NCBI GenBank assembly: GCA_902526565.1
Contig: CABZLP010000001.1
Span: 133,048 to 197,047 of the forward strand
Direction: 5' to 3'
DNA from: an uncultured Pelagibacteraceae bacterium
GTDB taxonomy: Bacteria; Pseudomonadota; Alphaproteobacteria; Pelagibacterales; AG-422-B15
Length of the DNA: 64,000 nucleotides
The position numbers and the translations under genes were made by a program. Shown here one piece after another: positions 1 through 9,569 of the stretch (position 1 is the first letter of the stretch; every line of letters starts with the position of its first letter). The notes beneath the pieces were generated by a model that saw nothing but the letters and a program-made list of their open reading frames with translations, was not told the origin of the DNA and did not search any database.

Positions 1-27
1 ATGGGCGTGTACATAATGTAGTTTCAT
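1..27 (-). CDS. 5' end of a gene running off the window (MKLHYVHAH...), possibly a flavodoxin-like NAD(P)H oxidoreductase
   Basis: ATG at 27 on the minus strand. The 9 visible codons resemble the MKILxxxAHP start of the NAD(P)H-quinone reductase family. Confidence 0.3.
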
Positions 28-223
28 AAAATTAGTATCTTATTGAATATAATATCTTAAATGAAGAAAGAAAGAAGTTCAGATGGGGAATCGGGCCAAA
101 ATTGTCGCAGTAACCAAAAAAAAATCAATGAAATTCCTCAAAAATTGATTTTGTTAGCATTGTTTCCCTCTCTACGCTTTCATAGTATATGAGTAGAAAC
201 TATGATCAAAGAATTAGAATTAT

Positions 224-1195
224 ATGACCTATAGAATCGATAATTTACAATATTGTAATTGGTCAGAAGAAATTTTTAAAATCAATAATGAAGCGGGTTT
301 AAATGCAATTCATGTAACCATTGCTTATCACGAAGATTTTGATGAAGTAAAAAATAATGTAGAGCAATGGAACTCTTATTTCAAAGAATTTAATAATTTA
401 TTGATACATGGAAGGACCTACAAAGATATAGAAAAAGCAAAAGAAGAAGAAAAAACTGCTGTCTTTTTTGGTTTCCAAAATTGTTCACCCATTGAAGACG
501 ATATTAAACTCGTTGAAGCTGTGCATGATTTAGGAGCAGTGTTTATGCAGCTCACGTACAATAATCAATCTTTGCTCGCAACAGGTTGCTATGAAGAAAA
601 TGATAGTGGTGTTACTCGAATGGGTAGAGAAGTCATTAGAGAAATGAATAGAGTTGGAATAGTTATAGACATGTCACACTCAGCAGAACAATCAACATTG
701 GATGCGATCAATATTTCAGAAAAACCGATTGCTATCACTCATGCTAATCCTTCCTTTTGGCATCCAGCTAAAAGAAATAAGTCAAATGAGCTATTAAAAG
801 CACTTGGTCAATCAAAAGGGATTATTGGTCTTTCACTTTATCCTCACCATCTTCTTGGAGGAACTAATTGTACTCTTAAAAGTTTTTGTGAAATGACAGC
901 AAGGACTGTAGACCTCATGGGCATAGATCATGTAGGTATTGGATCAGATTTATGTCTTGATCAACCTGACTCTGTTGTTGAGTGGATGAGAAATGGGACA
1001 TGGACAAAAACTAAGGATTATGGAGAAGGGTCTAAAAGTGATTCAGCATTTCCTAGGCAGCCAATTTGGTTTGAAAATACATTAGGGTTTAACAACCTTG
1101 AAACAGGCTTAAAAGAAATTGGCTTTGATGACAAAGAAGTAGATGCAATATTAGGTGACAACTGGTTTAATTTTTATAAAGAGAATATTCATTAA
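224..1195 (+). CDS. Membrane/renal dipeptidase family protein (peptidase M19, amidohydrolase fold)
   Basis: QLTYNNQSLLATGCYE, IDMSH, ITHAN and HVGIGSD motifs. Confidence 0.85.
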   Translation: MTYRIDNLQYCNWSEEIFKINNEAGLNAIHVTIAYHEDFDEVKNNVEQWNSYFKEFNNLLIHGRTYKDIEKAKEEEKTAVFFGFQNCSPIEDDIKLVEAVHDLGAVFMQLTYNNQSLLATGCYEENDSGVTRMGREVIREMNRVGIVIDMSHSAEQSTLDAINISEKPIAITHANPSFWHPAKRNKSNELLKALGQSKGIIGLSLYPHHLLGGTNCTLKSFCEMTARTVDLMGIDHVGIGSDLCLDQPDSVVEWMRNGTWTKTKDYGEGSKSDSAFPRQPIWFENTLGFNNLETGLKEIGFDDKEVDAILGDNWFNFYKENIH

Positions 1196-2853
1196 TGCAT
1201 AAACAAATTAAGCACCGCGATCCTCATGATGTCATGACACTAAAGCGATTAGGCTCCTTTCATCAAACAAAGCTATCATTTCTAAGAAGTTTTGTGAGAG
1301 AATTTAAAAGTTGGACATTTAAATGTGATTTGTTTGATCTTGATGAACAAGGTTTTGGAACTGCAGTTTATTCAGTTAATAAAGATAGTCGCACCTACTC
1401 ATTGATTTGCTTTGCTAATGAACTTGATGCTTCAGAAAGATCTGACAGAGTAATTGCTACGAAATGGGATGCGGCATTTGTCCTTCACGATGGAATACCA
1501 ACTGAAAAAGATATTCAAAGATTAAAATTGAATGTTCCTAAGCAGGAAGTAGGTCGATGCAGTTATAAAGAATTAACTTTATCGAGAGCAAATAAGTCTT
1601 TAAGAATTTTTAACCATGTTGTTGAAAGACTTTCCAATGGAGTTCAACCCGATTTATCTTTGATAAAAAAAGTTGGCTACCTTTATCGAACCACAGCGGT
1701 TTATGGATCTGGTAAATTTGGATTAGCTGATCGATATAGAATTAAAGATCGTAAAGAAATTAATGGTCCCTTTCGACTTGAAATGATGTTGGTTTATTTA
1801 GTGCGTCAGTTTACCTTTGATCAAGTAAATCACATTGCAAAAAAGAATAATCCTAAACTGGCTGTCAAACTTGACCAGTCAATAGCACGTAAACTTGGAA
1901 TAGGAAATTCGACAGGACTTGGCATGGCTCCCTTTATTATTAATCATCCATCTCTATTGCATCAGTGGATTTTTGCTAAAGAAGATGCGTTAAGACAAAT
2001 TAGAGAAATAAATAAAGTAAAAGAAAGTGATCTAAACATATTTAAGGAATGTCTCCAACTTTCTAAAAATATGATCAGTACTTGGGAAACAGAAAGTGAA
2101 TATCAAATAAAAAAAATTAGAGAATTGAGCAATGATATTAAAAAATTTGAAAGTGAATATCTTTCAATCTATTCTGCAGATAGAGAGTATCTTTGGAATC
2201 ATCTCTATAAATGGATTGATAAGCATTTAAGTTTTGAAGGTATTGAATTTATCATTTCTCTAATGATGGAGCCTTATGATTCTATTGTTAATCCTTTGAT
2301 ATCAAAAATGAGTTCTGACGAAGATTTATATTTCAACATTCCAACCCATAAAAAAGTAAGTGAATTAAAGAATATAATTTCCACGGGTTACAGAAATATA
2401 ATTGAAATTGATTTCTCAAAAAATAAACAAAACGAAAAATTTTGGTTTATTTCCAAAAATAAAGAAGAACCTAGGTTGGCGAATAGATTTGATGACGAAG
2501 GATCTGAGTTGGAACAGCCTCTTGCCATAGCTCGTGATATAAATGAACTATATTTCCGTCTATTAGAAGTTCCTGAAGACCAAATTTTGTCCGAGTTTTT
2601 GGGGAATAATAGTGATTTAAGACATGTGGTAAGAAGATGCTTTATAGCTGAGAAGCTGCCATACTCTGAAATTCAAGATAATTCAATTGGTTCAAATTTA
2701 ATGCCCATTGATATGCTGAGATTAAAGTTATCTTTTTTTGGGGCGCAAAAATTTGACCCTCGTTCAGATAAGTGGTTGAGAATATGCATGTATCAAGGAG
2801 CTCCTTTAATGAATGAGATAAGTCAAACAAATGACAGATGGATTTATTCATAA
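1195..2853 (+). CDS. Hypothetical protein (552 aa), function unknown
   Basis: Long ORF coupled to the dipeptidase (TAATG overlap). Conserved-looking motifs RSDRVIATKWD, YLYRTTAVYGSGKFG, GIGNSTGLGMAPF, KEEPRL, FDPRSDKWLRI. Confidence 0.8.
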   Translation: MHKQIKHRDPHDVMTLKRLGSFHQTKLSFLRSFVREFKSWTFKCDLFDLDEQGFGTAVYSVNKDSRTYSLICFANELDASERSDRVIATKWDAAFVLHDGIPTEKDIQRLKLNVPKQEVGRCSYKELTLSRANKSLRIFNHVVERLSNGVQPDLSLIKKVGYLYRTTAVYGSGKFGLADRYRIKDRKEINGPFRLEMMLVYLVRQFTFDQVNHIAKKNNPKLAVKLDQSIARKLGIGNSTGLGMAPFIINHPSLLHQWIFAKEDALRQIREINKVKESDLNIFKECLQLSKNMISTWETESEYQIKKIRELSNDIKKFESEYLSIYSADREYLWNHLYKWIDKHLSFEGIEFIISLMMEPYDSIVNPLISKMSSDEDLYFNIPTHKKVSELKNIISTGYRNIIEIDFSKNKQNEKFWFISKNKEEPRLANRFDDEGSELEQPLAIARDINELYFRLLEVPEDQILSEFLGNNSDLRHVVRRCFIAEKLPYSEIQDNSIGSNLMPIDMLRLKLSFFGAQKFDPRSDKWLRICMYQGAPLMNEISQTNDRWIYS

Positions 2854-2857
2854 CTTT

Positions 2858-3472
2858 ATGAGGTCCTCGAGCGAAATCATAACAGTATCAAAAAGAGCTG
2901 CTAAAGCTGCGGGGTATTCATGGGGTGTGGCTGAAGAAGTTGGAAAAAATATTGATATATTGGAATTGATAGGAATTGCAGGTATAGAAAATTTAAAATC
3001 ATATTTAAGAGATATACAAAAGAAAACACCAATTGGTCCAAATGCCATAGAATTGCAAAATAAAATTGATAATGAATGCCTTTGCCCAATCCTAACTGGA
3101 GTATGCCTTATAGATAATTTTAAAAAAGTGGAGCTTTTAAAAGAAATCAATTTATTTAATGTAAGCTACCCTCTTCTTTTGGTTCCCTTTATAAGTAGAC
3201 TGTCGTTTCTAATTGGCAAAAGAGTAAGTATAAATATAGATGAGCATGCATTTAGATTTAATTTAGACAAGTATATGTTTAGTGATTGCAACGTTAATTC
3301 CCTGGTAATAGAGAAAGCTAAAAATATTAAAGTGTCCACATCTGAAAATGATGACTCATTCACCCAAGAAGTCTGGGATGAGCTATATGCATTATCAACA
3401 GATACCTTTGTTGAAGAAAATGAAAAATTGAAAAGTACGGCCGCTGGCGCGGGACTTGAAGATAATGATTAG
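2858..3472 (+). CDS. DUF3726-family protein
   Basis: N-terminal KRAAKAAGYSWGVAEE, central CPILTG, C-terminal AGAGLEDND. Start moved to ATG 2858, just after the upstream stop. Confidence 0.7.
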   Translation: MRSSSEIITVSKRAAKAAGYSWGVAEEVGKNIDILELIGIAGIENLKSYLRDIQKKTPIGPNAIELQNKIDNECLCPILTGVCLIDNFKKVELLKEINLFNVSYPLLLVPFISRLSFLIGKRVSINIDEHAFRFNLDKYMFSDCNVNSLVIEKAKNIKVSTSENDDSFTQEVWDELYALSTDTFVEENEKLKSTAAGAGLEDND

Positions 3473-4906
3473 TTAAAGTTGAATTCCAACATTCTTTAAT
3501 TGCAAATAGCTCTTTATAGCTTGCTGACCTTTTTCACGACTATAGCCTGATTGTTTATACCCACCAAAAGGAGTTGCAATGCTGCCCGTAAACCAGCTAT
3601 TCACATAGACTTGTCCACCATTAAGCTTAGCTGCTGTCTTCGTTGCCATATCAACATCTTTTGTAAATACACCTGCCGCTAAACCGTAGTCTGTATCATT
3701 TGCAATATGGATTGCTTCTTCATGATCTTCATAATCAAGCACAGATAGGAATGGACCGAAAATTTCTTCTTGAGCGATGGTCATATCTGGCTTTACATCT
3801 GCATAAATTGTTGGCTCAAAGAAATATCCTTTTCGATCAACACGATTACCTCCTGATATCGCTGTAGCTCCAGCTTGTAAACCCGATCTTGCATAGTTCT
3901 CTACTTTTTGAAGTTGTTCTTCTGATATTACGGGTGTTAGGTCAACGCCTTTTTCATTGCCTGGTCCAACTTTTATTGATTTAGCTAATTCCGATAGCTT
4001 GTCTAATACCTCATCTTTAATAGACTTATGGACAATCATACGTGACATTGCAGAACATATTTGTCCAGCTTGACTAAATATTCCAACTTTTGTTGCATTA
4101 ACAACTTTATCTATATCAGCATCAGGTAACACAACAGCAGCAGATTTGCCACCTAACTCTACAACAGCTGGTACAGCTCTTTCAGCAGCTGCGTGAAGTA
4201 TTATCTTTCCAGTTTTCACAGATCCCGTGAATGTGATTTGAGCGACATCTTGATTTGATGTTAATGCAGCTCCTGCCTCAACGCCGTATCCAGTTACTAT
4301 ATTAATTAGTCCCTTTGGTACTCCCGCATTGTGAACAGCCTGTGCAAAGAATGATGTCGTTGCTAGAGGAGTTAGCTCAGCTGGTTTTATAACTGTTGAA
4401 TTTCCAGCAGCAAATGAACAGGCTAGAGAACGCGCCAACATTGAAATTGGAAAATTCCAAGGAACAATATGACCTGAAACACCATAAGGTTCATACAAAG
4501 TATAATCCATCACTTGATTATTTACTGGTATGGTTTGTCCTTCAATTTTATCAGTTAATCCACTGTAATAGTCAAAATAGTTTGCCGCATCCAAAAATTC
4601 GTACTCAGACGAAGCCAATAATTTTCCATTCTCTTCACATAATAATGCGCCACCATCTTTGCTGATCTTTCTTAATTCATCAGCAATGCTACGCATCAAC
4701 TTTGCTCTCTCCATAGGATTCATGTCGACAAGCACTCGCGACTCATAAGCTACTTTTGCCGCTGCAACAGCCAGATCAATATCATTTTTATTAGCAGCTG
4801 AAATTTCTCCTATTACTTCCTCTGTCGCAGGATTGACAACAGTAATAATTTCATTTCCTTTAGAGTCAATCCACTCTCCATTTATGTAATGTTGATATTT
4901 TTTCAT
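3473..4906 (-). CDS. NAD(P)+-dependent aldehyde dehydrogenase
   Basis: IVPWNFP, FTGS, ELGGKS, GQICSA (catalytic Cys), EEIFGP. Confidence 0.95.
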   Translation of the reverse strand: MKKYQHYINGEWIDSKGNEIITVVNPATEEVIGEISAANKNDIDLAVAAAKVAYESRVLVDMNPMERAKLMRSIADELRKISKDGGALLCEENGKLLASSEYEFLDAANYFDYYSGLTDKIEGQTIPVNNQVMDYTLYEPYGVSGHIVPWNFPISMLARSLACSFAAGNSTVIKPAELTPLATTSFFAQAVHNAGVPKGLINIVTGYGVEAGAALTSNQDVAQITFTGSVKTGKIILHAAAERAVPAVVELGGKSAAVVLPDADIDKVVNATKVGIFSQAGQICSAMSRMIVHKSIKDEVLDKLSELAKSIKVGPGNEKGVDLTPVISEEQLQKVENYARSGLQAGATAISGGNRVDRKGYFFEPTIYADVKPDMTIAQEEIFGPFLSVLDYEDHEEAIHIANDTDYGLAAGVFTKDVDMATKTAAKLNGGQVYVNSWFTGSIATPFGGYKQSGYSREKGQQAIKSYLQLKNVGIQL

Positions 4907-5024
4907 TTGTACTTTGTAATATCTTGTTTTTGCTAATTAACGAACTTTATTATAATTTTTATCTGTAATTAATTTAGTTTAAATAACCCTAGATTCCCAA
5001 CTATTTTTACCTTAGTCTGAAATC

Positions 5025-6113
5025 ATGAGTGAAAAAAAGTCAGATTTTGTAAAATTTGAACAAGTTGACAAAAGTTATGACGGTAAAGAATTGGTTGTAA
5101 AAGGTCTAGACCTTGATATTGCTGAAGGGGAGTTTTTAACTTTATTAGGACCTTCAGGGTCTGGTAAAACAACTACATTAATGATGCTTGCAGGCTTTGA
5201 GACGCCCACCAATGGAGAGATCTATTTTGATGGCAATCCAATCAATAATATACCTCCTCACAAAAGAGGTATTGGTATGGTTTTTCAAAACTACGCTCTA
5301 TTTCCTCACTTATCAGTATTTGAAAATTTAGCATTTCCACTGAAAGTTAGAAAAATTGATAAGGTAGAAATTGAAGAACGTATAAATAAAACCTTAAAAA
5401 TGGTTTCACTAACGGGCTTTGAAAATAGAATGCCTGCGCAACTATCCGGTGGTCAACAGCAACGTGTTGCTGTTGCAAGAGCATTGGTATTTGATCCTAA
5501 ATTAGTATTAATGGATGAACCTTTAGGCGCCTTAGATAAAAACTTACGTGAGAGTATGCAATACGAATTAAAACATATTCATGAAACACTGGGAGTTACA
5601 GTCGTATATGTCACTCACGATCAAGGTGAAGCGTTAACTATGTCTAACAGAATTGCTGTTTTTAATGACGGTAAGGTTCAACAGCTTTCTGGTCCGAATG
5701 AATTATATGAAACGCCAGTTAATTCTTTTGTTGCTAGCTTTATTGGGGAAAACAATACTTTTACTGGGACTGTAAAAGAACTAGCTTCCGGTTCTGCAAA
5801 AATTGAGACTAATACTGGTGAGATAATAATTGCGAACCCAATAGCGGTATCTTCTGCTGGTGAAAAATCAAGAATTTCACTTAGACCTGAAAGGGTTGAT
5901 ATAAATCCGACAGAGCAAATTGAAAATCGATTTGAAGCTGAAATAAAAGAAATCATTTACCACGGGGATCATACAAGGGTACGTGTAAATTTACTGGGTA
6001 ATGATGAATTTATTCTTAAAGTTCCAAACGCGAGCAGTAATTCAAAGCTTCATCTTGGTGACAAATTAAATTTAGGTTGGTCTTCTCAGGACTGTCGAGC
6101 ACTAGATTACTAA
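5025..6113 (+). CDS. potA: Polyamine-type ABC transporter ATP-binding protein (PotA/PotG family)
   Basis: Walker A GPSGSGKT, LSGGQQQR, DEPLGALD, C-terminal TOBE-like domain. Confidence 0.85.
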   Translation: MSEKKSDFVKFEQVDKSYDGKELVVKGLDLDIAEGEFLTLLGPSGSGKTTTLMMLAGFETPTNGEIYFDGNPINNIPPHKRGIGMVFQNYALFPHLSVFENLAFPLKVRKIDKVEIEERINKTLKMVSLTGFENRMPAQLSGGQQQRVAVARALVFDPKLVLMDEPLGALDKNLRESMQYELKHIHETLGVTVVYVTHDQGEALTMSNRIAVFNDGKVQQLSGPNELYETPVNSFVASFIGENNTFTGTVKELASGSAKIETNTGEIIIANPIAVSSAGEKSRISLRPERVDINPTEQIENRFEAEIKEIIYHGDHTRVRVNLLGNDEFILKVPNASSNSKLHLGDKLNLGWSSQDCRALDY

Positions 6114-6235
6114 ACCTTTGATACTACATATAGATTCAATTCTAAAATATTGAAAAAATTTACCTTTTTTTGTTGCGTTTTTGTTAAAGCCCCTGTGTAA
6201 TATCTTCTTTATATAAAAAAAGGAGACGATTAATC

Positions 6236-7357
6236 ATGTTAAGATTAACAAAAATAATGTCTTTGGCTGCTTTATTGGTGGCACCTACAATGGCTACGGC
6301 TGCGGAAGTAAATGTAGTATCATGGGGTGGTGCTTATACTGAAAGTCAAAAACTCGGTTATGGGGACCCATATCAAGAGAAGAGTGGTGTTCAAATAAAC
6401 TGGATTGACTACAGTGGAGGTTTGAGTGAAATTAAAGCTCAAGTCGAGTCTGGAGCAATTACTTGGGACATCATCGATGTGTATGCACGTGATACAATTA
6501 TCGGTTGTGACGAAGGATTGTTTGTAGAATTTGACTTCGACAATGACTTCCCAGCAGGTGTAAATGGTATGAAAGCAAGTGACGACTTCTTTGCTCCAAT
6601 GCCAAGTGACTGTGCTGTGGGTAACATTCTTTACTCATGGAACTACGCTTACAACACTGATAACATAAATTTTGACGGAAGTTATCCTGACTCAATGGAA
6701 GACTTCTTCAATCCAAGCAAATATCCAGGAGTAAGATCTCTTTATAGCTCTGCAATGTCAAACCTTGAGTTTGCACTAGTTGCAGATGGTGTTCCAGGAG
6801 GTGAAGTGTATGACTACATGGAAGAAAATGGAATCGATAGAGCTCTTGATAAGCTTTCAGAACTTTGTAACGATCCTAATGGTGGTTGCATCTTCTGGTC
6901 AGCTGGTGCACAACCGCCTGAGCAGTTAGTTTCTGGCGAAGCTATTATGGCTACTGGTTGGAACGGACGTCATTTTAACGCCATTGTGAACGAAGGTTCG
7001 CCAATGAAAATGGTTTGGGATGGTCAGATTCTTGATTATGAGTACTTTGTACTTGTAAAAGGTGGTCCTAACCAAGCTGAAGCAATGGAAGCATTGAAAT
7101 ACTTCACAAGCTCTGAAGGATTGGCTGGAAGTGCAAAGCATATTGCTTACGCACCTTTCAGAATCTCATCTCTTGACATAATCATGGCTGATGAGCCTTG
7201 GTTCAATTCACCTCAAGCAGGTGCGGTTGAGATTATGCCTCACATGCCTACAGCTCCAGCAAACACTAAGAACTATGTTCTTATGAACCCAGAGTGGTAC
7301 GCTGATAACAATACTGATATCAACGACGCATGGGAAGCTTGGAAAGCAAACTTATAA
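6236..7357 (+). CDS. Polyamine-type ABC transporter periplasmic substrate-binding protein (PotD/PotF family)
   Basis: Signal peptide ending ATA-AE, VVSWGGAY, WNGR, WDGQ; strong SD AAGGAG upstream. Confidence 0.85.
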   Translation: MLRLTKIMSLAALLVAPTMATAAEVNVVSWGGAYTESQKLGYGDPYQEKSGVQINWIDYSGGLSEIKAQVESGAITWDIIDVYARDTIIGCDEGLFVEFDFDNDFPAGVNGMKASDDFFAPMPSDCAVGNILYSWNYAYNTDNINFDGSYPDSMEDFFNPSKYPGVRSLYSSAMSNLEFALVADGVPGGEVYDYMEENGIDRALDKLSELCNDPNGGCIFWSAGAQPPEQLVSGEAIMATGWNGRHFNAIVNEGSPMKMVWDGQILDYEYFVLVKGGPNQAEAMEALKYFTSSEGLAGSAKHIAYAPFRISSLDIIMADEPWFNSPQAGAVEIMPHMPTAPANTKNYVLMNPEWYADNNTDINDAWEAWKANL

Positions 7358-7366
7358 GAGACTAAA

Positions 7367-7394
7367 ACTTGGGCAACCTATGGGTTGCCCAAGT
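7367..7394 (+). terminator. Perfect 12-bp stem-loop after the binding-protein gene (partial terminator or mRNA stabiliser)
   Basis: ACTTGGGCAACC-TATG-GGTTGCCCAAGT followed by CCTTT. Confidence 0.75.
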
Positions 7395-7421
7395 CCTTTA
7401 AATTAAGTATCCTCATACTTA

Positions 7422-8669
7422 ATGTCAGCAGAAATTAGAACATCGGACGGAGAGCTCCTCTCTGTAAAACTCAGAAAAGTTGAACGAAGACGAAGAACTA
7501 CAGCATTCTTATTGGCTGCGCCATTACTTTTCTTTATCGTTTTTGCCTACGTGATACCAATATTTCAAATGCTTGGAAGAAGCATTGATAACGTTCAGAT
7601 GAATGAATTTTTAAGTGAGACACACGAAGTTATACAAACTTGGGATGGGACTGAAATGCCCGGGGAAGATGTAACCTCAACATTCTTCTATGAACTTAAA
7701 GGATTGGTTGAAGAAAAAAATCACGGTAAAATAGCGACAAGACTCAATTATGAAAAAGGAGGTTTTACAAGCCTTATAAAAAAAACAGCAAGAAAACTTA
7801 AAGATTTCGACGAAAATGGAAATTTTCTTGATCAGTTTATTGATGTTCATAAAAAATGGGGGGATATTGAATACTGGCTTGCTCTAAAAAGAGGAACGGA
7901 TGCTTATCATTTCCGAAAATATTTAACTACCTTTGACTTCGAACAAAAATTTGATGGCTCGATTGAACGAATACCTGAAAAGAAACGAATAAATGTTACT
8001 CTCTGGTTAAGAACTATTTTTGTTGCAGCTGGTGTCACGTTCTGCTGTTTCTTACTTGCATACCCTATATCACATTTACTTTCCGTTTTACCAACTCGAT
8101 ATTCAAATTTGCTAATGATCTGTGTACTACTTCCGTTTTGGACCTCCTTGCTTGTGCGTACATCTAGTTGGATGGTCCTGCTCCAAAAACAGGGGGTCTT
8201 AAATGATACTCTTGTTTCTCTTGGTATCGTTGCAGATGAAGGAAGGCTTGAACTCATGTACAACATGACCGGCACATTTATCGCGATGACACAAATACTT
8301 TTACCATTTATGGTTCTTCCACTTTATAGCGTTATGAAAACTATACCACCAAGTTTAATGAGAGCAGCAACTTCGATGGGGGCTACTCCTTTCCTCGCAT
8401 TCAGAAAAATTTACTTCCCGCTCACATATGCTGGTATAAGTGCAGGTTCAATTTTAGTTTTTGTTCTTTCTATTGGATATTATATCACTCCTGCATTAGT
8501 TGGGGGTGCTAAGGGAACATTAATTAGTAATAGAATTGCCTATCACATGCAGCAATCACTTGATTGGTCTCTAGCAACTGCAATGGCAGCTGTTTTATTG
8601 GTGGCCGTTTTAATAGTTTATTGGCTTTACAATAAGATTGTCGGTATAGATAACATGAGGCTTGGATAA
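7422..8669 (+). CDS. potB: ABC transporter permease (PotB family) with a large soluble insertion
   Basis: LLPFWTSLLVR, EAA-loop-like RAATSMGATP, IGYYITPALVGG. Confidence 0.8.
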   Translation: MSAEIRTSDGELLSVKLRKVERRRRTTAFLLAAPLLFFIVFAYVIPIFQMLGRSIDNVQMNEFLSETHEVIQTWDGTEMPGEDVTSTFFYELKGLVEEKNHGKIATRLNYEKGGFTSLIKKTARKLKDFDENGNFLDQFIDVHKKWGDIEYWLALKRGTDAYHFRKYLTTFDFEQKFDGSIERIPEKKRINVTLWLRTIFVAAGVTFCCFLLAYPISHLLSVLPTRYSNLLMICVLLPFWTSLLVRTSSWMVLLQKQGVLNDTLVSLGIVADEGRLELMYNMTGTFIAMTQILLPFMVLPLYSVMKTIPPSLMRAATSMGATPFLAFRKIYFPLTYAGISAGSILVFVLSIGYYITPALVGGAKGTLISNRIAYHMQQSLDWSLATAMAAVLLVAVLIVYWLYNKIVGIDNMRLG

Positions 8670-8670
8670 T

Positions 8671-9534
8671 ATGGCTTTACCTAAATATACTGAAACAAGA
8701 TACAGGGTCTGGCACTACTCATACATTGTTATTTGTACTGCCGTTTTCTTTTTTCTAATTGCTCCACTATTTGTCATCATTCCACTTTCATTTAATGCAG
8801 AGCAATACATTCATTTTTCTGATGGGATGTTAGCTCTTCAACCTGAAGCATTCTCGCTTAGATGGTATGAAGATATGGTCTATGGTACCAAAAATCCATG
8901 GGGAATAGCTGCTCGGAACAGTATCTATTATGCCTTCTTCGCAACGATAGGTGCTACAGTTTTAGGGACTGTTGCTGCTCTTGGGCTCAGTAGTCGTTAC
9001 ATGCCTTACAAACAATTGATCATGAGTATTTTAATTTCACCAATGATCATCCCACTTATCATTTCTGGCTCAGCAATCTTCTTTTCACTTGCTAAATTAG
9101 GTCTTGCAGCAACATTTCCTGGCATAGTAATCGCTCATATAATTTTAGGAACTCCATTTGTTGTCATTACTGTAACTGCTACCTTAAGTGGTTTTGATGA
9201 TAGTATTACAAGAGCTGCATCAAGTCTTGGCAGTACACCAACCAATACATTTTTTAAAATTACATTACCTCTTATTACACCAGGAATTATTTCAGGTGCA
9301 CTCTTTGCATTCGTTACATCATTTGATGAAATAGTCGTGATCTTATTCGTTGCTGGAGGCGATAGGAATTTAACAACAATACCTCTTCAGATGTGGACAG
9401 GATTAAGAGAGCAGCTTAGTCCAACGATTATGGCTGTAGCTACTTGCTTAATTGTTCTTTCAACATTAATTCTGATCGTAACAGAATTATTACGAAGAAG
9501 ATCTGAAAGAATAAGAGGAATATCAGCACAATAG
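8671..9534 (+). CDS. potC: ABC transporter permease (PotC family)
   Basis: FSLRWY, RAASSLGS, TSFDE motifs. Confidence 0.8.
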   Translation: MALPKYTETRYRVWHYSYIVICTAVFFFLIAPLFVIIPLSFNAEQYIHFSDGMLALQPEAFSLRWYEDMVYGTKNPWGIAARNSIYYAFFATIGATVLGTVAALGLSSRYMPYKQLIMSILISPMIIPLIISGSAIFFSLAKLGLAATFPGIVIAHIILGTPFVVITVTATLSGFDDSITRAASSLGSTPTNTFFKITLPLITPGIISGALFAFVTSFDEIVVILFVAGGDRNLTTIPLQMWTGLREQLSPTIMAVATCLIVLSTLILIVTELLRRRSERIRGISAQ

Positions 9535-9569
9535 TACAAATTGTAGCTCAGGAAATCCTTAGTTTTTTA

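Noticed and set aside
80-100. tRNA or tmRNA fragment (minus strand GGCCCGATTCCCC)
   Set aside because: Only a degenerate T-loop resemblance, with no cloverleaf or acceptor stem
9535-9569. Intrinsic terminator after potC
   Set aside because: Only a weak, mismatched stem (AGCTCAGGAAATCCTTAGTT) before the T-run
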